From the NCBI GenBank assembly GCA_027031765.1, contig JALVPN010000196.1:1-25519 (forward strand): a stretch of DNA of 25,519 nucleotides, in the 5' to 3' direction. Origin of the DNA: Promethearchaeota archaeon (GTDB lineage: Archaea; Asgardarchaeota; Thorarchaeia; Thorarchaeales; Thorarchaeaceae). This document shows, one piece after another, positions 7,129 to 14,980 of the stretch. The position numbers and the translations under genes were made by a program. The notes beneath the pieces were generated by a model that ran no database searches, had not been told where the DNA came from, and was given only the letters and a program-made list of their open reading frames with translations. Numbering within the stretch: the first letter of the stretch is position 1; each line of letters begins with the position of its first letter.

Positions 7129-8379
7129 CTAGAAGTCGGTCAACCGGGTCTGCACACTGTGCTCTCCATATACGTAGCTCGCACGGAGCCAGTGCTCCAG
7201 CGGTAGCCTGAGATGTCGTCCCACCGCCCCGAGGGCCTCCTCAAGTGAAGTGTACTTCACCGGTCCTACAGCTAGGGCGCGTCGTGCGATCTCTCTGAAC
7301 CGCCAGACACCCAGCGGTACCCACTCGGTCGGGTTGACCTCAAGGAATGCGATGACACCCCCCTGCCGTCCAGCACGGGTCAGGAACTCAAGTACCGGGA
7401 GCCGGACGGCATAGTAGGCGCCCTCAATCCTCCTGGCATACGTCTTCCGTCCACGCACGCCCTCATGGTCTGAGGGCACAGTCCGGGAGTGTGGCCCGAG
7501 CCAGTGCTCGAGGACTTCGAACTGCCATTCCGAGGGGACGAAGAGCAGCACCACGGTGTTCCCGAGCGCCCTGTGGGATGCCACCATGTAGTCGTTCAGC
7601 CACGGCATCCGCACGACCCGCCTGTGCAGCTGCCGTCCGACAATGTCGTCCACCGCAGTGATGCTCCACTCCGTAGGCACGAGCCTGCGTCGTTTCCCCT
7701 CTCCTAGCAGGCCCACAGAGAACAGCCGGACGATGTGTTCCTGGCGGATGCCCTCCTCAAATAGCCGGACGACACCAGCACCGGCCCCGAGGTCGGTGTC
7801 GGAGGTGACCCTGTCCACAGGCCGGGGGACCCGTGGGTTGTCCTCAAGGTGGAACCTCTCCAGCGGGGCGGACGGCCCCACCGGCAGGAGCCCACGTGTG
7901 ATGACCGTTGTGAAAGTCGGTCGTCGTAGCAGTTGTGCCTCCGCCTCCACGGGGCTCTCTGATAGCGTCATCGTCTGGGCCTCTGCGAGCTCACGTGGCG
8001 GGTCTCTGGCCGCTATCACTGGGAGCGCCTGCTTTGTCCTGACGAGGCTGAACCTGAGGCGCATAATCTCGTCGATGGTCCTGTCTATCCACAGGTCTGG
8101 CCGTTCCATCTCCGCGGCTGCGGGTGTTTTCACTGGGGGCACCAGCGGGCCTGCAAGCACTCGCGGGTACCCACTGCTGCCGACGAACACTGCTGGTGGC
8201 GAGGCCCCTTCAAGGCTCAGCCCCCTCACGGCGCGTCCGATATCCGCAAGGGCCCGGGCCCGCATCAGGAGTGGACATGGGGCAATCCCACAGAGATGAC
8301 GGTGGCCCATGCACCGGGCGCACACATCATCGCTGTACGCAGGCCGCCCCTGCGAATGGTCGAGCCGTGTCTGTCCCAT
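7129..8379 (-). CDS. nreA: Archaeal Nre family PCNA-interacting DNA repair protein
   Basis: N-terminal CxxC...C...C Zn motif, SPPAVFVGSSGYPRV, VPTEWSITAVDD, GAYYAVRL, PLGVWRFRE and a C-terminal PIP box QTRLTDF. ATG at 8379 follows GGAGTGA. Confidence 0.93.
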   Translation of the reverse strand: MGQTRLDHSQGRPAYSDDVCARCMGHRHLCGIAPCPLLMRARALADIGRAVRGLSLEGASPPAVFVGSSGYPRVLAGPLVPPVKTPAAAEMERPDLWIDRTIDEIMRLRFSLVRTKQALPVIAARDPPRELAEAQTMTLSESPVEAEAQLLRRPTFTTVITRGLLPVGPSAPLERFHLEDNPRVPRPVDRVTSDTDLGAGAGVVRLFEEGIRQEHIVRLFSVGLLGEGKRRRLVPTEWSITAVDDIVGRQLHRRVVRMPWLNDYMVASHRALGNTVVLLFVPSEWQFEVLEHWLGPHSRTVPSDHEGVRGRKTYARRIEGAYYAVRLPVLEFLTRAGRQGGVIAFLEVNPTEWVPLGVWRFREIARRALAVGPVKYTSLEEALGAVGRHLRLPLEHWLRASYVYGEHSVQTRLTDF

Positions 8380-8665
8380 CTCTGTCACTCCTGGGAGCCG
8401 CAGCACCGCACGTACACTCGGCACATCACTATTTTATGTCTGCGATGGACGGCCACCACCACGGGTGCACTGGTCCACAGCAGGAAGTGTCAACCACGGC
8501 ACCCACGGCCTGTGCATCGACAAGGTAAATAGGGGACGGGCGTTGAACCTGAATGGTGCATACAGCCATCAAACAGAGTGCCGGGCCCGTAGCCCGTGGC
8601 GCCACATATAGTGCACACTGGAGCATCTATGGCCCGACGCATGCGCGTCATCTGAGGTAAGACTG

Positions 8666-9313
8666 ATGGAAAAGAAACGAGCACTGTACTTGACCGCTAT
8701 ACTGTGTATAGTCATTGTACTGGTATCTGGTGTGAGCTTGGCAGGTCTGACACTCATCCGTGACCAGCACACTCTGTTGCTGAGTGATGGGAACAGCAGT
8801 ACAATTGCTGCGACCGCCGAACTTGAAGGTGGTCACGACTACACAGTCCGAGTCGACATTGTGAACACTGGCGCGTTCGTTTCCCATGCAAGCGGAGAGG
8901 TCTTCATCTATGTGAACGACTCGCTCGTGCTGCACAAGGTGATGAACGATACCGCCATATCTTTTGGGCGTCGGGGCACGAGTACCCGTGCTGACGCCTA
9001 TGTACAGTACGACTTCACTGCTGTACACAACACTACGGTGCGTGTCATCGGCCGCATGGATCAAGGGAGCACATGGTCTGTGCGTGCCTTCCAGGACCTC
9101 AGCCCATGGCACAGCACTGCCATTGCCGTATCGGGGGTGGTGCTTGGAGCTTCTGGGGTTGTTGGTGTTTCTGCTGGCGCTATCTATTATGTCATGTCGA
9201 GGCATGCAAAGGCGGGGGCCACTGACCAGGAGCGGTCGGAGGGTGCGGACACCACTCCCGCCACCAGTGATGAGGAGTCCCTCAGTCTGTCGGAGATGGC
9301 GGATACCGAGTGA
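8666..9313 (+). CDS. Membrane-anchored surface protein, probable glycoprotein
   Basis: 215 aa with an N-terminal hydrophobic helix, a beta-rich middle carrying four N-x-S/T sequons (NSS, NDS, NDT, NTT), a second TM helix and an acidic Ser/Thr-rich tail. Confidence 0.75.
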   Translation: MEKKRALYLTAILCIVIVLVSGVSLAGLTLIRDQHTLLLSDGNSSTIAATAELEGGHDYTVRVDIVNTGAFVSHASGEVFIYVNDSLVLHKVMNDTAISFGRRGTSTRADAYVQYDFTAVHNTTVRVIGRMDQGSTWSVRAFQDLSPWHSTAIAVSGVVLGASGVVGVSAGAIYYVMSRHAKAGATDQERSEGADTTPATSDEESLSLSEMADTE

Positions 9314-9471
9314 CAGGTCGACAGTGCTGCCCATAGTGGCCTGCAGTACCGTGGCCATGTGCAGCTGGTAACTCCCGGCCATCGTGTCCCGTATTGCTCG
9401 GCCAACCGCGAGTGGTCGCTCGTGAGGAGTGACGTGTCGACCCCGTGCAGACCTGACTGGCAGGTGAAACA

Positions 9472-9762
9472 GTGACAACACGCAGGGAAGAGATTGAGGG
9501 GCTCCTCATGGAGACCGACCGGCCACTCACCGTGCAGGAGATATGCATGGCCCTCCACATCCGTGAGCGTGCCCTCGTGTACGAGGACCTTGGACACATT
9601 GCACGTTCTGTCAGGCGCACCGGGAAACGACTCAGAGTCGTCCCTCCCAGGTGCGGCCGCTGTGGCTACGTGTTCCGTGGACGCCAGAGCATGAAACGGC
9701 CATCACGCTGTCCGAAGTGCAAGTCGGAGTGGCTACTGCCGGCTGCATTCATGGTAAGGTGA
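9472..9762 (+). CDS. Archaeal HTH-Zn-ribbon predicted transcriptional regulator (COG3357-like)
   Basis: GTG start after AGGTGA. TRREEI...PLTVQEI...VYEDLGHIARS is followed by PPRCGRCGYVF...PSRCPKCKSEW. Confidence 0.88.
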   Translation: MTTRREEIEGLLMETDRPLTVQEICMALHIRERALVYEDLGHIARSVRRTGKRLRVVPPRCGRCGYVFRGRQSMKRPSRCPKCKSEWLLPAAFMVR

Positions 9763-9914
9763 GTGTAGTCCCAAGGTCAGTCACCGACCTGCCGGGCACC
9801 ACCCGGTCAACAGTACTCCCGTGACTCTGTGGGGTGGGACACACCTGCGCCGCCTACCCAACTAGGCTAGGTCCGGCCATATGGTCCCGCGGTGTGGTGA
9901 CCGGGCGTGCAGTG

Positions 9915-10229
9915 CTATTCGTCGAACCTGACCACACGTCTCGCACCGCCCTCCCCGATGTCGTGGCGGATGTGCTCCACGCGGCTCACAACGAAGTCGG
10001 TCAGTCCATAGTCTGCCTCTTCCACGAAACCGTGTATGATTACACGCATGCCCACCCGTGGTAGGAACATGCACTTCTCCATGACCTTTGCAGAGAGGTT
10101 CACACGGTAGGTCTGGCCCGACTCCTCGTCCTGCACCACGAACGATGTCACGCCGTACCACCTCCGTGCGCTGACCCTCACTGTCCTGTGTCCCCCTATC
10201 TCCTTTATCACGCCGCGCACGACAGTCAA
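9915..10229 (-). CDS. Single OB-fold protein (RPA/SSB-like), translationally coupled to EndoQ
   Basis: The TTG start overlaps the upstream TGA (TTGA) after GAGG; ATG at 10247 is an alternative start. VVRGVIKEI...VTSFVVQDEESG...VNL...VGMRVIIHGFV fits the OB-fold pattern. Confidence 0.65.
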   Translation of the reverse strand: MTVVRGVIKEIGGHRTVRVSARRWYGVTSFVVQDEESGQTYRVNLSAKVMEKCMFLPRVGMRVIIHGFVEEADYGLTDFVVSRVEHIRHDIGEGGARRVVRFDE

Positions 10230-11506
10230 CCTCTCTGCACCTCCCATGGTGGCACCAGGCGGCCGTACCTGCCACCGCCACCAGGCACGTACCGCACACT
10301 CCCGTCCCGATATGCCTGTATCATCATGGCGACCTTCCTGTCCACCTCTGCAATCTCTCTAACGGGCGTGCTTACTAGTATCTCGGTCTCTGCACCGAAA
10401 CGTGTACGCAGCGTGTCGTAGACCCTCCTGACCGACTTTGCACTACGGGACTTGACGCCCATCGCGAACGCGACGACATCAAGCAGTGGTGAGGTACGGA
10501 GGTATGGTGGTCTGTGTGGTGGTGCAGTGCTCTCCCCACAGCCGATCAGCACGGCACGGTCACGTACACCGAGCCGTAGAGCAGCACCGTCCACGGGGCA
10601 CTCCACCTCACGCCTGTGAATCCTCCTGACCAGTTGCGCACATGCGTCCGGTGATGTGGTCATGAAGTAGATGTTCTCGTCGTCGTAGTGTTTCTCGTGG
10701 GGCGTGCTGTCCATGACCACTGTGCGCCTACATGACGGGCAGAACGACAGGTAGTACTTGCCCAGACGCGGGTCGAGCCCGACATTCAGTACTGGCCGTC
10801 TGCCGGCCTGGCGTCTGAGCCCCCTAGCGACCTCGTGGAACGACGGCCCCTCGAGCTCGAAGACCACGAACTCGCGTCCCAGCCTGTCCGGCGTTGGGGA
10901 GTGGGCGTCGCTGAAGGACACATACGTCAGCGGTCTCAGCTCGGGGATGTGGTCAGCGGTCTCGCTGTCTGCTGACAGCCCGAGTTCAAGAAAGTGTATC
11001 TGCTGCGTCTCATCGCCATAGCACTCGCGGAGCGACGAGTACCGCCCCTCCCTGAAGAGCGACCTGAATGGGGTGAATGCGTGGGCGGGACCAATCATGC
11101 CCCCGGCATCGCGTACACACCCGGCAAGCTCCTCCCCACGTAGCGACACGCGCGGCCTCCCGCCCCACTCACTGTCGATGTCCGGGGAGTGCGGTGCCAG
11201 CAGTTGTCGGAGTGTTCCCACCGCCTCGAAGTCTGGCAGGAGCACAAGGTGGTGGACTGCGTCCCTGTCCTCGACCTCAACGGTCAGGATGAATGCCACA
11301 TCGCCGTACAGGAGGACTCCGTCCCCTGTCTTGGTGAGGCGGTGCTCCAGGTGGTCGAGCCACTGCGGCTGTGTTGCGTCGCCTGTCCCAACAATGTCAA
11401 GGCCCTTTGCAGTAGCGCCTGCGGCGATGTGCGGGATGTCCATCCGCTTGCTCACGCCAATGGAGTGCCGGGAGTGGACGTGCAGGTCAACGCAGTAGCG
11501 CCTCAC
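10226..11506 (-). CDS. endoQ: Endonuclease Q family PHP-domain protein (TIGR00375-like)
   Basis: DLHVHS, GTGD, EVE...HH, GGRP, PAHAFTP, ELGLSAD, SDAHS, LGRE, GLDPRLGKY, a Zn-finger region, HRPPY and the terminal PGGGGRYG. Confidence 0.92.
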   Translation of the reverse strand: MRRYCVDLHVHSRHSIGVSKRMDIPHIAAGATAKGLDIVGTGDATQPQWLDHLEHRLTKTGDGVLLYGDVAFILTVEVEDRDAVHHLVLLPDFEAVGTLRQLLAPHSPDIDSEWGGRPRVSLRGEELAGCVRDAGGMIGPAHAFTPFRSLFREGRYSSLRECYGDETQQIHFLELGLSADSETADHIPELRPLTYVSFSDAHSPTPDRLGREFVVFELEGPSFHEVARGLRRQAGRRPVLNVGLDPRLGKYYLSFCPSCRRTVVMDSTPHEKHYDDENIYFMTTSPDACAQLVRRIHRREVECPVDGAALRLGVRDRAVLIGCGESTAPPHRPPYLRTSPLLDVVAFAMGVKSRSAKSVRRVYDTLRTRFGAETEILVSTPVREIAEVDRKVAMMIQAYRDGSVRYVPGGGGRYGRLVPPWEVQRG

Positions 11507-11516
11507 GGGGGACGCC

Positions 11517-12512
11517 TCAGATGTCTATCACGACCTTTGTCACTGTCGGGTCGGACGCCTTCTCAAACGCCTTGACCCCCTCATCAAGGCCGAAGCTCGC
11601 GCTCACGATCTGACGCACCTCGATGCGTCCTTTTGACAGCATCCCGAGTGCCTCGTCGTACGGGCCGCCCCGCACGCCCCACAACACTATCTCCCGCCCA
11701 ATCACCTCTGCCGAGTCCATTGGCAGGGCGTAGGTATGGAAGCCGTTCAGCACAATCGTGCCGCCGTTACGGACTGCCTCCAGCGATGCGTTCATCCCGA
11801 GGTGTGAACCGAGGGTGTTGACCACGACCCTGCAGCCGACGCCGTCCGCTATGTCGAAGATCCTGCGCATCCAGCCGACGCGCTCCATGGGGATGACGTT
11901 CGTGAGGCCAATCTTCTTGGCCGTCCCGAGCCTGTACTTGTTGGAGTCCACAATGTAGACCTGAGCACCGAAGGCATCGTAGACCTGCGCTGTGAGGAGT
12001 CCCTCCTCCTTGCACCCGACTATGAGTACGGGCTCGTCCTCTTGGGCCGGGACGTTCTCTGCTATGGCAATGGCACAGGCGAGCGGTGTCATGAAAGTGG
12101 CCGCCTTGCTGTCGACCCCCTCGGGGAGGACGTGCACCGCCTCCGCCGGCACCGAGACGTACTCAGCAAGGCCTCCGTCCCGGTCAACACCGAGCGTCCT
12201 CCGTTTCCTGCACAGGTGCATCTTCCCGTCCGTACAGTACCAGCATGTCCCGCAGCCGATATCGCCCTGAGTGGCGACTGGCGTGCCGGGTGTGAGTGAT
12301 GGGTCTGTGCTCTCATGGACAACCCCCGCGACCTGGTGCCCCGGTACGACGGGCTGTTCCACCTTCAGTCTGCCGTCCCAGACCGCAATGTCTGTGGCTG
12401 ATATTCCCACCGAGCGCACCTCTATGCGCACCTCGCCCGGCAGGAGTGGCGGCATCGGGGTGTCCGCGAGGCGCAGGCCATCAGGTGTCAGGACAAGCGA
12501 CTGCATCAGCAT
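11517..12512 (-). CDS. Medium-chain (Zn-dependent, Tdh/sorbitol-DH-like) dehydrogenase homologue lacking catalytic residues
   Basis: ATG after GGAGG, 331 aa. The GroES-like plus Rossmann layout and the structural Zn site CGTCWYC...C are intact. Catalytic positions read GISATD, GHQ and TPLA, and the Gly-rich loop reads GCKEEG. Confidence 0.88.
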   Translation of the reverse strand: MLMQSLVLTPDGLRLADTPMPPLLPGEVRIEVRSVGISATDIAVWDGRLKVEQPVVPGHQVAGVVHESTDPSLTPGTPVATQGDIGCGTCWYCTDGKMHLCRKRRTLGVDRDGGLAEYVSVPAEAVHVLPEGVDSKAATFMTPLACAIAIAENVPAQEDEPVLIVGCKEEGLLTAQVYDAFGAQVYIVDSNKYRLGTAKKIGLTNVIPMERVGWMRRIFDIADGVGCRVVVNTLGSHLGMNASLEAVRNGGTIVLNGFHTYALPMDSAEVIGREIVLWGVRGGPYDEALGMLSKGRIEVRQIVSASFGLDEGVKAFEKASDPTVTKVVIDI

Positions 12513-12780
12513 GACTCCTCCGGCTCTAACAGCGATGGCATATCGCCCGCCTGTGCATAAACCCTTCGCTCCGGCCGTCCTACGGGGGCTTCTGGGCGGT
12601 CGTGTGGGCCACTCGCCGCACACCCGGGAGCAAGTGGCAGTCTGGACGGGTGTGGGAGCATGTCGTCAGGCGGCGGTGGGGCGGGTACGCCTGACATCTC
12701 TACACAAGCCCCGTGGTAGTCTGCTGAGGTATGACTTATCAGAAGTGCACATGCTGTCTTGCCAAGAGGGAGCCCCTACG

Positions 12781-13866
12781 ATGTTACGACTCGGCATCGA
12801 GTTCGTCCCAGACCGGCCTGTGAGAGAAGTCGTGGAGTGGGCAGTCCTTGCTGAACGGGCTGGTTTCGACCACATCTGGGTGACCGACCACTACAACAAC
12901 CGCAACCTGTGGGCGACAATCACGGCGATTGCCCTGAACACACACAGGATCCACATCGGCCCCGGCGTGACAAACCCGTACCACACGAGCCCCGCCCTCT
13001 CCGCCTCGGCGGCCGTGACCATTGACGAGCTGACCGGTGGCCGGGCCGTTGTGGGAATGGGTGCTGGGGACAGGGTCACCCTCGATACTCTCGGACTCAA
13101 GTGGGACAGGCCTGTGACAACGGTCATCGAGGCCATCAAGGTCATCCGTGCACTCACTGACGGCGAGCGTGTGTACTTTGATGGCAGGGCCTTCAAGATG
13201 CGCGGTGCAAAGCTCGGCTTTGTCAAGAAGCAGCCCGTCCTCGATGCGGGGGGGCGGACGGTGGTCGTTGATGGGCGACCGGTACGCCGGGGGCGCAGGA
13301 TCCCCATCTACGCCGGGGCACAGGGCCCACAGATGCTGGAACGGACAGCCATGGTCGCCGATGGCGTGCTCATCAATGCCAGTCATCCGGATGACATCCG
13401 TGAGGCCGTGCGACTGATACGGCGTGGTGCAAGGCGCGCGGGCCGACGGCCCGAAGAGATTGATGTGGGGGCATACACGGCGTTCAGCATTGCAGAGACC
13501 CTTGAGGACGCGTTGGCACCCTCGTTGAGGCTGATTGTTGCGTACATAGCAGCGGGCTCGCCCTCACAGGTGCTCGAACGACATGATATTGACCCGGACA
13601 CCACTGACATGATCAAGCGGGCCTTGGAGCGTGGTGATTATCAGGGGGCCTCGTCGATGGTGACACCCGATATGATTGATGCGTTCTCCGTTGCGGGCAC
13701 GGCCCGTGACTGTATAGACCGTGCGGTGGAGCTGGTGGGGGCTGGGATAACCCACTTTGTCGTGGGCTCACCAATCGGCCCTGACAGGCCGACTGCAATC
13801 AGGTACACTGGTGAGGCCTTCGTACCACGGCTCAGGGCCATCTACGGCGTGGAGGACGGCACTTGA
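12781..13866 (+). CDS. mer: F420-dependent 5,10-methylenetetrahydromethanopterin reductase (LLM family)
   Basis: GIEFVP, WVTDHYNNR, IGPGVTNPY, GRAVVGMGAGD, IPIYAGAQGPQML, DGVLINASHP, AFSVAGT and VVGSPIGPD match methanogen/Archaeoglobus Mer. The start is ATG 12781; the listed upstream extension is spurious. Confidence 0.9.
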   Translation: MLRLGIEFVPDRPVREVVEWAVLAERAGFDHIWVTDHYNNRNLWATITAIALNTHRIHIGPGVTNPYHTSPALSASAAVTIDELTGGRAVVGMGAGDRVTLDTLGLKWDRPVTTVIEAIKVIRALTDGERVYFDGRAFKMRGAKLGFVKKQPVLDAGGRTVVVDGRPVRRGRRIPIYAGAQGPQMLERTAMVADGVLINASHPDDIREAVRLIRRGARRAGRRPEEIDVGAYTAFSIAETLEDALAPSLRLIVAYIAAGSPSQVLERHDIDPDTTDMIKRALERGDYQGASSMVTPDMIDAFSVAGTARDCIDRAVELVGAGITHFVVGSPIGPDRPTAIRYTGEAFVPRLRAIYGVEDGT

Positions 13867-14777
13867 ACGGCGAGATGATATACAACCGGCGGCTGGGCCG
13901 GGAGGAGATTGGCAAGTGGCTCGATATGGCCGGGGCCGTGACACGTGTTGACCCGCAACTCCAGTGCGACCGGCGCCTTGTCGAGCAGTTGAACTCCCTC
14001 CCGGACGCACTCTTCTATCTCGCATCATCAGCCGGCGGGGAGAGCATAGGTGGTGCTGCCCTCTGGCGTGACCACCATGGCAAGGGAGTGGGCCTTGTGG
14101 CACTCCCCCTGCTCCCTGAGTACCGCGAGCACGCACTCACACAGGTCATGAAGACCTCTCTGCCGTGGTTCCGGACAGCGACAATCAGACATGTGGATGT
14201 GCTGGTCGACACGCGTCACCAGCCAGGTGCTGACCCGTTGCCGTTCCCCCTTGCACTGGAGCTGCCGGTATGGACGCTCGGCCCCCTGACGGACATCGGT
14301 TTTGTCCGTGTGGGTACTGTCTTCAGGTACAGTATGTTCTTGGGGCCCTCACGTCCCCCTGTTTCTGCCTCCGCCGTCAGCGACAGTGTGCACGGTCGTG
14401 CTGGGACTGACGGGGCTGTCCAACTACCTGTCCCTACCGACGCACCCGGGGCCACACAGACCCGGCTCGCGGTCAGTCTTGCCCGTGCCCACGGCTGCCT
14501 CAGAGTCCTCACGCCCGGCCGTAGCCCCGGCGCCTCTGTGGTGCTTGCTCTGTACGATGACACGCTGCAGGTCTGGACACTTGTGTCCGACCCCGATAGG
14601 ACTGATGAGGTCGCTCTTGCTGATGCCATAGCGGCCCCCGTGTTGGAGCATGGGCCAAGACGTGTGGACATTGTGCTCGCAGAGGCCGTGGACACCGCTG
14701 TAGTGCGTAGTGTTGCAGAGCGGCTGGAGAGCAGGCCCGTGTCAAGTGGACTTGCACACCTGCGCAGAGTGCTCTGA
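13863..14777 (+). CDS. Hypothetical protein with a degenerate GNAT-like fold, coupled to mer
   Basis: The TTG start overlaps the mer TGA. LFYLASSAGGESIGGAALW / VALPLLPEYRE / IRHVDVLV / DIGFVRVG follow GNAT strand order, but the acetyl-CoA loop glycines are missing. Confidence 0.55.
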   Translation: MNGEMIYNRRLGREEIGKWLDMAGAVTRVDPQLQCDRRLVEQLNSLPDALFYLASSAGGESIGGAALWRDHHGKGVGLVALPLLPEYREHALTQVMKTSLPWFRTATIRHVDVLVDTRHQPGADPLPFPLALELPVWTLGPLTDIGFVRVGTVFRYSMFLGPSRPPVSASAVSDSVHGRAGTDGAVQLPVPTDAPGATQTRLAVSLARAHGCLRVLTPGRSPGASVVLALYDDTLQVWTLVSDPDRTDEVALADAIAAPVLEHGPRRVDIVLAEAVDTAVVRSVAERLESRPVSSGLAHLRRVL

Positions 14778-14980
14778 GTGCGTCTCATGGGCCTGTTGAT
14801 GCGTGGATATGGGATGATGCATGTATGCGGGACCTCTGACGTCTGTGCTTGCAGCTCACAGCACGGCCCCGTTGCGGACGGTCATGGTGTGCCTGTGCTG
14901 CCCCCTCTACGAGGACCAACCGTCCGGCATCAGTGGCCACAAGTCTTTTCACTGGACGCAGGCATGACTGGCGCGGTCCA

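Noticed and set aside
8648-9481. 277-aa minus-strand ORF
   Set aside because: Antisense to the 215-aa membrane protein, which has coherent TM and sequon features. No motifs are seen in the antisense product.
9763-9914. Small hairpins (GGTC-N7-GACC, CCGGG-N5-CCCGG) as a possible ncRNA such as SRP or 5S
   Set aside because: No SRP, 5S, RNase P or tRNA consensus motifs were found. The short stems fit chance or a convergent-gene terminator region.
12271-12780. 170-aa N-terminal extension on Mer, and 37 aa on the dehydrogenase homologue
   Set aside because: The two extensions overlap each other's gene or the divergent promoter region. Homology begins at ATG 12781 and ATG 12512.
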